64,000 nt of DNA. Source: Eubacteriales bacterium. Lineage in GTDB: Bacteria > Bacillota > Clostridia > Lachnospirales > Lachnospiraceae. This document shows positions 8,915-18,503 of the stretch, one piece after another. The notes under the pieces were generated by a model, which was not told the DNA's origin, searched no databases, and saw only the letters and a program-made list of their open reading frames with translations. Positions within the stretch are counted from its first letter, which is position 1. Every line of letters starts with the position of its first letter. A program made the position numbers and the translations under genes. The DNA lies in the NCBI GenBank assembly GCA_050874385.1, contig JBNMKO010000003.1, positions 5,133 through 69,132 of the forward strand, in the 5' to 3' direction.

Positions 8915-8936
8915 GATTGCAAATATTCACTTGACA
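8915..8936 (+). repeat. GATTGCAAATAT-N4-TTGACA motif, copy a
   Basis: The exact 12-mer GATTGCAAATAT also occurs at 9744 and 19023. This copy is about 100 nt upstream of the ABC ATPase gene. Confidence 0.6.
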
Positions 8937-9035
8937 TTTTTGGCAGATATTCGAGCCGACAAAGTGAAAAACATTTTGGAGATGTCTTGGCGCAATTATA
9001 AAAAGAAATATTGAAAAAGAACAAGGAGCATGTAC

Positions 9036-9719
9036 ATGGAAATTTTAAGGGTGGAAGATTTAAGGAAGGAATACGGCAAGGGAGAGGCGCGGGTAAACGC
9101 GATTGACGGCATTTCTTTTTCGGTGGAAAAGGGCGAGTTCGTGGCGATAATAGGACCTTCCGGTTCGGGAAAGTCGACGCTTTTGCATATCTTAGGAGGC
9201 GTTGACAGACCTACATCGGGGAAAGTTTTTGTAAATGGGGAGGATGTTTATAAGAGAAACGAAGAGCAGCTTGCGATATTCAGGAGACGCGAGGTGGGGC
9301 TTATATATCAGTTCTATAATCTGATACCTGTGCTTGATGTGGTAGAGAACATTACACTTCCGGTTCAGATGGACGGAAGAAAGGTGAACGAGGAGAGGCT
9401 TGAGGAGCTTTTAAAAGAGTTGAAGCTGACAAAAAGAAGGCATCATCTTCCAAATGAGCTCTCGGGAGGACAGCAGCAGAGGGTTTCGATAGGCAGGGCA
9501 CTTATGAATGCGCCGTCGGTTATGCTTGCGGATGAGCCGACAGGAAACTTGGACTCAAAAAACAGTCAGGAGATAGTCGAGCTTTTAAAGATGTCCAACA
9601 AAAAGTATGACCAGACGTTAATCATCATAACGCACGACGAGAATATTGCGTTGCAGGCTGACCGCATCATTGCGATTGAGGACGGAAAAATAACGAGAGA
9701 TGAGAGAACCAGAAATTAA
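9036..9719 (+). CDS. ABC transporter ATP-binding protein (MacB/BceA-like)
   Basis: Walker A GPSGSGKST, signature LSGGQQQR, Walker B MLADEPT, H-loop ITHD. The ATG at 9036 has better spacing from AAGGAG than the ATG at 9030. Confidence 0.9.
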   Translation: MEILRVEDLRKEYGKGEARVNAIDGISFSVEKGEFVAIIGPSGSGKSTLLHILGGVDRPTSGKVFVNGEDVYKRNEEQLAIFRRREVGLIYQFYNLIPVLDVVENITLPVQMDGRKVNEERLEELLKELKLTKRRHHLPNELSGGQQQRVSIGRALMNAPSVMLADEPTGNLDSKNSQEIVELLKMSNKKYDQTLIIITHDENIALQADRIIAIEDGKITRDERTRN

Positions 9720-9740
9720 CCAAATCAAGCAAGAAGCGAA

Positions 9741-9765
9741 GCGGATTGCAAATATCCGCTTGACT
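9741..9765 (+). repeat. GATTGCAAATAT motif, copy b, embedded in the perfect palindrome AGCGGAT-TGCAAAT-ATCCGCT
   Basis: Lies in the intergenic gap between the ATPase stop (9719) and the first in-frame permease ATG (9770). 7-bp arms with a 7-nt centre, then TTGACT. Confidence 0.6.
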
Positions 9766-9787
9766 ATCCATGAAATGGAGAAAAAAC

Positions 9788-12433
9788 ATGAATATATTTA
9801 ATAAAGTTACATTTAAGAGCATGAAGAAAAATCCTGTGAGAACGATGGTCACAATCATAGGAATTATTGTATCGACTGCGATGTTCACAGCGGCAACGAC
9901 GCTTGCAATAAGTCTGTACTCGTTCGTTTACAGGACGCAGATATATAATTCGGGGAGCTGGCATGTCGGTTTTGAGTATCAGAATTATGACGAGTATGTC
10001 AACTGGAAACAGGATGAGAAAGTTGAGACGATGGTGGCGGCGAAGGTGCTAGGGTACGCCAAGTGCGGTTCGACCAACGAATACAAGCCGTATATATATC
10101 TTGAAAGTATAGACGATGATTTTTATAATCTTATGCCGGTTCATATAACCTACGGCAGAAAGCCGGAAAATTCGGGTGAGATTATGCTTCCGAACCATCT
10201 TTTGTACAATGGAAATGTAAAATATAATCTCGGCGACACGGTGACGTTGGAGCTTGGAAGGCGTTATCTTGTCGATGATGATGGAAACATTGATACGGAA
10301 TATGAGCTTTCACAGGGAGATTCTTTTGAAGATGAGGAGACTCTTGTGACGGATAGGACGCGCGAGTATACTGTTGTGGGTTTTTATGAAAGACCGGATT
10401 TTGAAAATTACAGCGCGCCGGGTTATACAGCTCTTACATGCGGTGAGTCGATGGATGATACATCATCAAAGTATGATTTTTATGTGAGACTAAAAAAGAA
10501 ATATGTGTCAGATGTGTGGTCAATGGGTAGAAGTGTGACAACCTATAACAACGATATAATAGCTATGGAGGGCTCGATTCTATACGCAAATGTGGCAGAA
10601 ATGTTTACAATGTTTGCAGTGATATTTATTGCGATAATTATTGTGGCTTCCGTGTCCATGATTTACAGTGCGTTCTCGATATCAGTAGGTGAGAGGACGA
10701 AACAGTTCGGGCTTTTGTCGTCAATCGGGGCGACCAAGAAACAGCTAAGACGCATGGTGTTTGGCGAGGCGGCTATGGTTTCAATCATAGGCATTCCCAT
10801 AGGTGTCGTGTGCGGAATAATCGGTATAGGAATAACGCTTCATTTTGTCGGAAACAAGTTTAACTATATTCTTACAAGTCCGTACACGGTTGATTTGGTG
10901 ATTAACGGTTATGCGATACTCGCGGCAGTTGCCATTGCACTCATAACGGTTATTGTGTCGGCGATTATACCGGCGGTTAGGGCGACGAGTGTGTCTGCGA
11001 TTGATGCTATAAGACAGCACAAGGACGTAAAAATTCCGCGTTCAAAGTGGCATGCCGGCAGAAAATACCGCATTACACAGAAACTTTTTGGCATGCCGGG
11101 AATGTTGGCGAGAAGATATTTTTCGAGAAGCAGGAAGAAATACCGCGTCACGATTTTTTCGCTGTCAATGAGCGTTATGCTTTTTATAGTTACAACTTCA
11201 TTTTGCAGCTATCTCAGAGATTATGTTCATGACAATGTTAATGTAGTAAATTATGATTTGGAATATATAGCACACGAGGATGATATAGCGCAGCTTGACA
11301 AATTACTTGCGGCAATAAAGAGTGCGAATGGCGTGAAGGAGGTGTCATACTGTTTAAGGGAATATAATTATTATGCTGCACTTGCTGAAAATGATGTTTC
11401 ACAGAGCTATTTTGAATATAGTGGAATGAATGGTGATGAAGATTTAAAGAAGGAACGCAGTGCTTATTCACTTAGTAGTTCAGGGGAAAATGTTGAGCGT
11501 GTGATAAGACTGTTCATGGATGTTGAAAGTTATGAAAAGTGTCTTGGTGAGTTTGGAATAACGGGGGACGAATTCAAGGACTATGAGAACGCACCGGCAA
11601 TATTGATGAATACTGTCCCGACGGTGGAGTATATTTATGACAGCAAAACGGATAACTATAATCGTTACAATATGAAGTACAGTTTATTAAATGAGAATGC
11701 GGATAGCATTGTAATAAGAGATAGTGGTGAAGAAGATGAGGCAGTACAGATTCCTATAGGGAGTATTGTGAATAGCATGCCGCACACATACACATTGGGG
11801 AGTGTCAGCAATGTAGTACTGATTTTTCCATACAGCTCCAAATACAATACGGATGAATGCAGACAATCAAATTCTCAAGTTTTCACTATTATACAGGATG
11901 GGGATGTGCATGATGAGATGCTTGCAAGTGTGAAGCAAAAGATTGTAGAGGCGGGGTTTGCGGCAAATGACACTTCATTTTATGACCCGTATTCCGATGC
12001 CGACCAGCAGAAGAACCTTTTGGTGCTCATAAATGTATTTTCCTACGGATTTATAACCCTCATGGCGCTTATATGTGTTGCAAATGTATTTAATACGATA
12101 TCAACAAACGTATCTCTGAGGAGAAGGGATTTTGCGATGCTAAGAAGTGTAGGACTTGCCTATGGCGGCATCAAGAAAATGATGGTGTTTGAGTGTCTCT
12201 TGTATGGTATACGCTCCATAATTTTTGCAGCTCCGCTTTCGGTGATAATATCATTTTTCATATTTATGGTATATGGTTATGGGGCAGATGCAACAGCCTT
12301 CTATATTCCGTGGTATGCCGTCGTGGTAGCGGTTATCGGTGTGTTCATTGTGGTTGGAGTATCCATGGCATATTCTGTTTCAAAGATAAAAGAGGATAAT
12401 CTGATTGACGAGCTGAAGGAGGAGAACGATTAA
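9788..12433 (+). CDS. ABC transporter permease with two FtsX domains and large extracytoplasmic regions (BceB/YbbP-like)
   Basis: About 880 aa. N-terminal TM, extracellular segment, FtsX-type TM bundle (about aa 280-400), second large soluble segment, C-terminal FtsX bundle. The ATG at 9788 follows GGAGA. The ORF is open from 9770. Confidence 0.85.
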   Translation: MNIFNKVTFKSMKKNPVRTMVTIIGIIVSTAMFTAATTLAISLYSFVYRTQIYNSGSWHVGFEYQNYDEYVNWKQDEKVETMVAAKVLGYAKCGSTNEYKPYIYLESIDDDFYNLMPVHITYGRKPENSGEIMLPNHLLYNGNVKYNLGDTVTLELGRRYLVDDDGNIDTEYELSQGDSFEDEETLVTDRTREYTVVGFYERPDFENYSAPGYTALTCGESMDDTSSKYDFYVRLKKKYVSDVWSMGRSVTTYNNDIIAMEGSILYANVAEMFTMFAVIFIAIIIVASVSMIYSAFSISVGERTKQFGLLSSIGATKKQLRRMVFGEAAMVSIIGIPIGVVCGIIGIGITLHFVGNKFNYILTSPYTVDLVINGYAILAAVAIALITVIVSAIIPAVRATSVSAIDAIRQHKDVKIPRSKWHAGRKYRITQKLFGMPGMLARRYFSRSRKKYRVTIFSLSMSVMLFIVTTSFCSYLRDYVHDNVNVVNYDLEYIAHEDDIAQLDKLLAAIKSANGVKEVSYCLREYNYYAALAENDVSQSYFEYSGMNGDEDLKKERSAYSLSSSGENVERVIRLFMDVESYEKCLGEFGITGDEFKDYENAPAILMNTVPTVEYIYDSKTDNYNRYNMKYSLLNENADSIVIRDSGEEDEAVQIPIGSIVNSMPHTYTLGSVSNVVLIFPYSSKYNTDECRQSNSQVFTIIQDGDVHDEMLASVKQKIVEAGFAANDTSFYDPYSDADQQKNLLVLINVFSYGFITLMALICVANVFNTISTNVSLRRRDFAMLRSVGLAYGGIKKMMVFECLLYGIRSIIFAAPLSVIISFFIFMVYGYGADATAFYIPWYAVVVAVIGVFIVVGVSMAYSVSKIKEDNLIDELKEEND

Positions 12434-12611
12434 GAAAATTAAGTTTTTTATGCGCATTATTTATTTATAAATGCCTTATCCAGCCTTGTTAAAAAAATAA
12501 TAAAGTGATACAATAGTATTAGCATTAATAGGATTATAGCGGCGACATTTCTAGTGCTGTCGTGTATAGTCCTATTTACATTTTTAGACTATGGAGAAAA
12601 GAGGAGACAGC

Positions 12612-14321
12612 ATGGGTATTGAAAATCGGAAACAGGGCGGTGGAGGTAATGTAAACCCTAAAGGGCAGGCAGCGATGCTCAAAGAAATCGTGAGGGTGAC
12701 GTATCGTATTGTAATCATAGGAATAGTGTTTTTGCTCGCTTTTATTGTGATGAACCAACTGCTTATTTCAGTGGCGAATGAGCAGGTGCAGAATACTATG
12801 TATCTAGACCAGTACAGAATAGGTTCTAAGACGCTTACGGCGGCTGTTCAGTCCTACGCGGTTACAGGCGACAGGACTTACTACAACAATTACATGAAAG
12901 AGCTCAACGAGGACAAGAACAGGGATATCGCTTGGGACGGTCTTAAAGCCAACGGTCTTAGGAAAAATGAATGGGCACAGCTTGAGCACATTGCGGAGCT
13001 TTCCAATGGTCTTGTGCCTCTTGAGGAGCAGGCTATGGAGCTTGCGGCGGCAGGAGATACGGACGGGGCTGTAGCGCTTGTGTTCGGTGAGACTTACCAG
13101 AATACGGTTAAAGAGATTACTTCCGCAACAGAGGAATGTATAAACGCTGTTCAGGTACGCATGGCTCGCAGCAAGCGAAAGCTCACCACAGGAGCGTATG
13201 TCACTTTGGCAGTATTTGTGCTTTCATTTTTGACTATTGTGAGAAAGATTGGCACATCGATGAAGTTTGCAAGGGAAGAGCTTTTAACACCTATTGTAAA
13301 AGTGTCAGAGCAGATGGAGGAGCTTGCACAGGGACATTTTGTAAATAAGATGGATTTGCAGCCGGATGATACTGAGGTTGGAATAATGGTTGGAGCCATT
13401 CTTTTTATGAATGACAACTTTACAAAGATGATTGGGGAGATTTCCAATGTGCTTGGCAAGATGGCAGGCGGCAATTATAAGGTGGAGCTTGTGGAGAACT
13501 ATGTCGGAGAGTTCGCGGAAATCAAGGACTCTCTCTATAAGATTATAAACAGCATGAGAGATACGCTCACCAACATACAGAACGCGGCAAACCAGATTGA
13601 CTCGGGTTCTGAGCAGCTTGCACATGCGGCGAGCGACTTGGCACAGGGCTGTACAGACCAGGCTATGAAAGTTTCGGACGTTTCCGAGATGGTGGATGCC
13701 ATGTCAAAGAGCATGGAGGAGCGCTCGGACGAGGCGAGAAAGACGGCACAGATTTCAGAAAATGCAGGTAAGCTTCTCGACGAGAGCAATGCAAAGATGC
13801 AGGAGTTAAAGGATGCGATAAGCGAGATAAGCAGGCGTTCCGAGGAGATTAGAAGTATTATCGGAACTATCGAGGATATCGCAAGCCAGACCAATCTTCT
13901 GTCACTCAACGCATCTATTGAGGCGGCGCGCGCGGGCGATGCGGGCAGAGGCTTTGCGGTTGTTGCAGAGCAGGTTAAAAATCTTGCGGAGCAGTCCACG
14001 CAGGCAGCAGGCGAGACGACAAAGCTCATTGAGGACACTGTGAGTGCGGTTGGCAAGGGAATTACAATAGCTGACGAGGCGGTTATAAATATGGGCGAGG
14101 TTATGAACGGCTCGAGGGAGGCTGTGAACATGATGAGCGATATCGCTGAGGCTCTGAAGAAAGAGTACGAGAACATCAAGAAGATTGACAGCGACATTGC
14201 AGGCGTGGCAGAGATAGTCAACAACAACTCAGCCGCATCGCAGGAGACAGCAGCGGTCAGCGAGGAGCAGTCGACACAGGTTCAGACCATGGTACATATT
14301 ATGGAGCAGTTTGAGATTTAA
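12612..14321 (+). CDS. methyl-accepting chemotaxis protein
   Basis: TM, helical sensor domain, TM, HAMP, then the highly conserved MCP signalling hairpin ([43 protein letters not shown]). Confidence 0.9.
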   Translation: MGIENRKQGGGGNVNPKGQAAMLKEIVRVTYRIVIIGIVFLLAFIVMNQLLISVANEQVQNTMYLDQYRIGSKTLTAAVQSYAVTGDRTYYNNYMKELNEDKNRDIAWDGLKANGLRKNEWAQLEHIAELSNGLVPLEEQAMELAAAGDTDGAVALVFGETYQNTVKEITSATEECINAVQVRMARSKRKLTTGAYVTLAVFVLSFLTIVRKIGTSMKFAREELLTPIVKVSEQMEELAQGHFVNKMDLQPDDTEVGIMVGAILFMNDNFTKMIGEISNVLGKMAGGNYKVELVENYVGEFAEIKDSLYKIINSMRDTLTNIQNAANQIDSGSEQLAHAASDLAQGCTDQAMKVSDVSEMVDAMSKSMEERSDEARKTAQISENAGKLLDESNAKMQELKDAISEISRRSEEIRSIIGTIEDIASQTNLLSLNASIEAARAGDAGRGFAVVAEQVKNLAEQSTQAAGETTKLIEDTVSAVGKGITIADEAVINMGEVMNGSREAVNMMSDIAEALKKEYENIKKIDSDIAGVAEIVNNNSAASQETAAVSEEQSTQVQTMVHIMEQFEI

Positions 14322-14486
14322 CACTACCAAAAACGCCCGGGAATAGGCAACTCTACCGCTGGTCGGTTGTGAAAATGGCATATTTGTAATATATTTAATG
14401 CAGACAAAGACAGACGGAACAGCAGCATTGTAAAATACGATGGCTGTGCCGGATAAGTTGTCTGCATTATTTGATTAAACCGGGGG

Positions 14487-15365
14487 ATGGATATGGAAAA
14501 CGCGGATAACAAGAGCTATGAAAACCATGATGGTGACAACGGAGTATATGAAAATTTTGAGATTGACAGGGCGGCGTTCGGTGCGTTTGTCGCGGCGCAG
14601 CGAAAGGAGAAGGGCTACACGCAGAAGGAGCTTGCGGATAAGCTCTTTGTGTCTGATAAGGCGGTGAGCAAATGGGAGAGAGGTTTAAGCCTTCCTGATA
14701 TATCGCTTTTGGTGCCGCTTTCGGAGGCGCTGGGGGTGACTGTGATGGAACTGTTGCAGGGAAGAAAGCTTGAGGCTGAAAATAAGGACGACTTTAAGCT
14801 TGGATTTACTGAGGTGGAACAGCTTGTGAAAAAGGCGGTCACATTTTCGGAGGAGACACCGGAAGAGAGAAGGCTGAGAACGGAGAAGAACCGTCATATA
14901 TTTGGAAAGCTTCTGGCAATATCCATGGCGGAGGTGCTTGCATGTGCGGTGATACTGTTTTTGATTTTTAAGAATGGAAGAACCCCGTTGTATATCAACT
15001 GTATAACATGTTTTGCAACATTGGAGATATTGGGAATAGTGTTTGGAATACATTTCTGGCTTTTTATGAAGGACAGACTTCCTTCATACTACGATGAAAA
15101 CAAGATAGCAACCTATTACGACGGAATGTTTCGGATGAATGTACCGGGATTGTATTTTAACAACAGAAACTGGAAGCCTATTACCAAAGCAATGAAACAG
15201 TGGGACGCTGCGGTGCTGGTTATAGTGCCATTTTTGTGTATGGTTATGCTGCTTTTTATGCCTGAGTGGGTTGTGGGACTTATATTTTCCATGGTTGTGC
15301 TTTTCGTATTTTTGCTTGGGCTGTTTGTTCCGGTGTATGTTGTTGGGAAAAAATATGGTGTCTGA
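14487..15365 (+). CDS. membrane-anchored XRE-family helix-turn-helix protein
   Basis: HTH_3 block (KGYTQKELADKLFVSDKAVSKWERGLSLPDISLLVPLSEALGV) followed by about 4 predicted TM helices. Confidence 0.75.
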   Translation: MDMENADNKSYENHDGDNGVYENFEIDRAAFGAFVAAQRKEKGYTQKELADKLFVSDKAVSKWERGLSLPDISLLVPLSEALGVTVMELLQGRKLEAENKDDFKLGFTEVEQLVKKAVTFSEETPEERRLRTEKNRHIFGKLLAISMAEVLACAVILFLIFKNGRTPLYINCITCFATLEILGIVFGIHFWLFMKDRLPSYYDENKIATYYDGMFRMNVPGLYFNNRNWKPITKAMKQWDAAVLVIVPFLCMVMLLFMPEWVVGLIFSMVVLFVFLLGLFVPVYVVGKKYGV

Positions 15366-15411
15366 GAAATCAGGCACCGTTTTTGTATTAAAGCAAAAGT
15401 AGCAGAGCCGC

Positions 15412-16677
15412 CTATTGCAGCTCCGCTATTCTTGTAAGTGCGACATAGATTGCGCTTATTCTGTACCATGTAGGATAGTCGACTATACCTGACTGTGGAA
15501 GATTGAATGTTTTTTGGAACTGGCGGACAGCCGCCTGTGTGCCCTCGCCGTAAATTCCGTCCACGGCGACTTTTGGTATGTTGCTGTAGGTGTTTGCGAT
15601 GGTGTTGAGCTGCTCCTGAAGTTGCCTAACTTTCTCGCCCGATGAGCCGATTGTGAGGTCATACCCCGGATATGATGATGGAATACCGCTGATTTCCTCG
15701 GCTGTGTTGATGTAGGCAGAACTTCCGTAGTAGTAGCGAAGAATTTCAATGTCGCTGTAGCCGTCATCTCCGAGGGCTTTGCTTCCCCACTGGCTCATCG
15801 CGTTAGGGCAGGACACGCGCTTGCCGTCGCAGTACTGAGTGAGAATTGGCTGTTTTACATTCGGGCGGGAGATATATTTGGCAAATATCTCGTCTACAAT
15901 ACGCGATATGCTGTCAAAGATATTTCTGCCGTATATCCATTTGTGGTCGTATGCCGTCGAGGAGGTTATCGTAAAGTCGTAGCCCTTATTTCTGTACCAT
16001 TCTGTGTATACTCTGTTTAAGGTGAAAGACATTATAGCCGTGATGTTTGCGCGCAGTGTCGCGTCAGGCCATGTGGAGTAGATTTCACTGCTTGCCACAT
16101 TTTTTATATAGTCGGCGTAGCGCACATAGTAGTCGGATGCTGTGGAGTCGGACGGAACTCCGTCATGGACGACGACATATTCGGGAATGACCACGCGGCT
16201 CAGCACGATTTCGCCCGAACTTCGTATTGGTTTTATCTCGTCCTCAGGAATTTTTGGAGGAAATACACCCCAAAGTGTGTTTGCAGGGATATCTATCATA
16301 CTTGGATTGGTGTTTGGCATTACCGGGTTAAGGCGGACAGGCTGTACGGACAGCTCACCGGAGAATATCTCCGAGCCGGAGATTGTGGTCGGCTCGTAGC
16401 CGGGAGCAGTGATGATAAGATTGTATTCCGAGTACGGCTGTACATCGGAGGACGGGTCTTCGCTGTAGCTCCTTGGCGGTGCGGCGAGGTCAATCTCCTC
16501 GGTCATGCCGTTGGAGTCGGTTGTCAGCTCCTCAAGTGTATCCTGTGGGTCGCCCGTGTATGATATGGACACGCTGGCACCGTCGATGGGGCGGTTGTTC
16601 ACACGGTCAGTCACATCGACCATGAGCTGTCCTTCCTCCTCCTGTGCAAAGTGAAAGCGTTGTTTTTTAATGAGCAT
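15412..16677 (-). CDS. sleC: SleC-like spore cortex-lytic enzyme (pre-pro form) with C-terminal peptidoglycan-binding domain
   Basis: 421 aa. The N-terminal NNRPIDGASVSI region, the central block (PEYVVVHDG, IKNVASSEIYSTWP, TLNRVYTEWYRNKGYDFTITS, YCDG, QWGSKALG) and the C-terminal PG_binding_1 (DGIYGEGTQAAVRQFQKTFNLPQSGIVD) match my recollection of clostridial SleC. Confidence 0.7.
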   Translation of the reverse strand: MLIKKQRFHFAQEEEGQLMVDVTDRVNNRPIDGASVSISYTGDPQDTLEELTTDSNGMTEEIDLAAPPRSYSEDPSSDVQPYSEYNLIITAPGYEPTTISGSEIFSGELSVQPVRLNPVMPNTNPSMIDIPANTLWGVFPPKIPEDEIKPIRSSGEIVLSRVVIPEYVVVHDGVPSDSTASDYYVRYADYIKNVASSEIYSTWPDATLRANITAIMSFTLNRVYTEWYRNKGYDFTITSSTAYDHKWIYGRNIFDSISRIVDEIFAKYISRPNVKQPILTQYCDGKRVSCPNAMSQWGSKALGDDGYSDIEILRYYYGSSAYINTAEEISGIPSSYPGYDLTIGSSGEKVRQLQEQLNTIANTYSNIPKVAVDGIYGEGTQAAVRQFQKTFNLPQSGIVDYPTWYRISAIYVALTRIAELQ

Positions 16678-16740
16678 GATTACCTCTGATATGGAAACAC
16701 AATTTGTATCAGTATATGCACTGACGGGCGAGGGGTGAAT

Positions 16741-16785
16741 GGGGACGGTTCTTTGTGGTAATAGGGACGATTCTTTTTGGCTCTT
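16741..16785 (-). repeat. degenerate, inverted copy of the REP-like repeat seen at 3935 and 4077
   Basis: GGGGACGGTTCTTTGTGGTAAT resembles the reverse complement of 4077-4125 (GAGGACGGTTCTTGGTGATAT). Confidence 0.4.
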
Positions 16786-17064
16786 TTTGAATTTAAAAAT
16801 ATATTGACATTAGTATTTGTGAAAATTAACATAGATAATGAGATTTATAAAAATAATACATGTGCGAAGAAAAGGACGATAAAACGGTTTCATTTGATAA
16901 AATTTTACTTATTATGTATAATTGAATAAGATAGCTATAAATGAACAACTATGAAAAACTGCAAAGAAATAGTTGATATTTGTTAGAATTTAAAATAGAT
17001 TTCAAGAAAAATATATTTATATAACGAATAAATTTGTGTAATATTTTAAATTTGTTAATTTATA

Positions 17065-17112
17065 GTAAGATAATATGCAAGATAGTACGCAAGATAATAC
17101 GCAAGATAATGT
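17065..17112 (+). repeat. four tandem 12-nt repeats (GCAAGATAATAC consensus)
   Basis: GTAAGATAATAT / GCAAGATAGTAC / GCAAGATAATAC / GCAAGATAATGT, head to tail. About 175 nt upstream of the next gene. Confidence 0.8.
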
Positions 17113-17285
17113 GTGAGCAAAAATCGGGACTTTGTTGCGGCGAATTGCTGGAAAAATATTATTTAGGTGATAAGTCACTCATAAACTGTCATTATGCAAT
17201 AGGTCAAGGTGGCGGTTGATATTGTAATTGGAACGAATGATGAGATTGCAGTATATGCAGTATATTGGGAGAGGACGCATTTAGC

Positions 17286-17969
17286 ATGAAAATTACTATG
17301 AAAAAAGAGAAATTTTTGCGAGGAATTTTTTATGTAACAGGACTTTTAGCCCTTGCACTCGGCATTATTTTAAACACGAAGTCTGGGCTTGGGGTTTCTC
17401 CGATAATCTCGGTTTCCTACAGCATTTCGACAATTATGGGTGTAAACTTTGGAAACATGACATTCGTGCTTTACACTATATTTGTTATTGTTGAAATGCT
17501 GATACATATAACAACAAAATCGGGAAATGATAAAAAATTAATTGTCATATTGGGAAAGGATTTATTGCAGCTTCCGTTAAGTCTTGTTTTTACAAGATTT
17601 ATGAACCTGTTTTCAGCGTTGATACCAACACCAAGTCACAATATTATCTCAAAATTATTAGTGCTTATTGTAGGAATTATCTGTACGGGAATTGGTGCCG
17701 CAATGTCACTTGACATGCGTATAATTCCAAATCCGGGTGATGGCATTGTGCAGGCGATAGCGGACTGTATTCATAAGCCTGTGGGACTTACAAAAAATTG
17801 CTTTGATTTTTTTAATATATGTATTTCAATCAGCGTGGGATTAATATTTGCACATAGGCTGATTGGAATTGGTGTGGGAACGGTGTTGTCGGTGCTTGGC
17901 GTGGGACGTGTGATTGCGCTGTTTAATCATTTGTTTATGAGTAAAATGACAAAGGCAACAGGAATATAA
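17286..17969 (+). CDS. YczE/YitT-like polytopic membrane protein
   Basis: About 227 aa and 5-6 TM. N-terminal pattern (GLLALALGIILNTKSGLGVSPIISVSYSIS) resembles the YczE family. Function unknown. Confidence 0.6.
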   Translation: MKITMKKEKFLRGIFYVTGLLALALGIILNTKSGLGVSPIISVSYSISTIMGVNFGNMTFVLYTIFVIVEMLIHITTKSGNDKKLIVILGKDLLQLPLSLVFTRFMNLFSALIPTPSHNIISKLLVLIVGIICTGIGAAMSLDMRIIPNPGDGIVQAIADCIHKPVGLTKNCFDFFNICISISVGLIFAHRLIGIGVGTVLSVLGVGRVIALFNHLFMSKMTKATGI

Positions 17970-17982
17970 GGGGGAGATTAAT

Positions 17983-18456
17983 ATGAGAATGTACTTCAAG
18001 CAGCGAATGTTTTCATGGTTCGACAGTTATGACATTTATGATGAACAGGGGAATACATTGTATGTTGTGAAGGGACAGTTGTCATGGGGACACTGCCTGA
18101 AAATATTTGATGCATACGAGCAGGAAGTTGGAACGGTCAAGGAATGTCTTTTGACATTTCTTCCAAAATTTGAGATATATTTTGGAGACACATATCTGGG
18201 CTGTATCAAAAAAGAATTTTCATTTTTCAAGCCAAGCTATGACATAGATTATAATGGCTGGCATATTGAAGGAAATTTTATGGAGTGGGACTATGATATT
18301 ACAGATACGACAGGAAATACAGTTGCCTCAATATCCAAGGAAATATTGCATTGGACAGACCAGTATGTGATTGATGTGGCGGATGAGCAGGATGCGCTTA
18401 TTGCGCTTATGTTCGTGCTTGCGATTGATGCGGAGAAATGTTCGAGGAATGATTAA
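17983..18456 (+). CDS. LURP-one-related / YxjI (DUF567, tubby C-terminal-like) family protein
   Basis: 157 aa. Begins MRMYFKQRMFSWFDSYDIYDEQGNTLYVVKG, typical of this family. Confidence 0.6.
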   Translation: MRMYFKQRMFSWFDSYDIYDEQGNTLYVVKGQLSWGHCLKIFDAYEQEVGTVKECLLTFLPKFEIYFGDTYLGCIKKEFSFFKPSYDIDYNGWHIEGNFMEWDYDITDTTGNTVASISKEILHWTDQYVIDVADEQDALIALMFVLAIDAEKCSRND

Positions 18457-18503
18457 CAATAACGGAAATTCAATGAGTTTGTATGAAATTGAGGTTTAAA
18501 TAT

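Noticed and set aside
13535-14227. 230-aa minus-strand ORF inside the MCP gene.
   Set aside because: This is a typical open antisense frame of the Ala/Glu/Ser-rich MCP signalling domain. The + strand product carries the highly conserved MCP hairpin.
17034-17219. 61-aa ORF in the sleC/yczE intergenic region.
   Set aside because: Its sequence (KIVRKIIRKI) is simply the translation of the 12-nt tandem repeat, and it has no RBS. It is reported as a DNA repeat instead.
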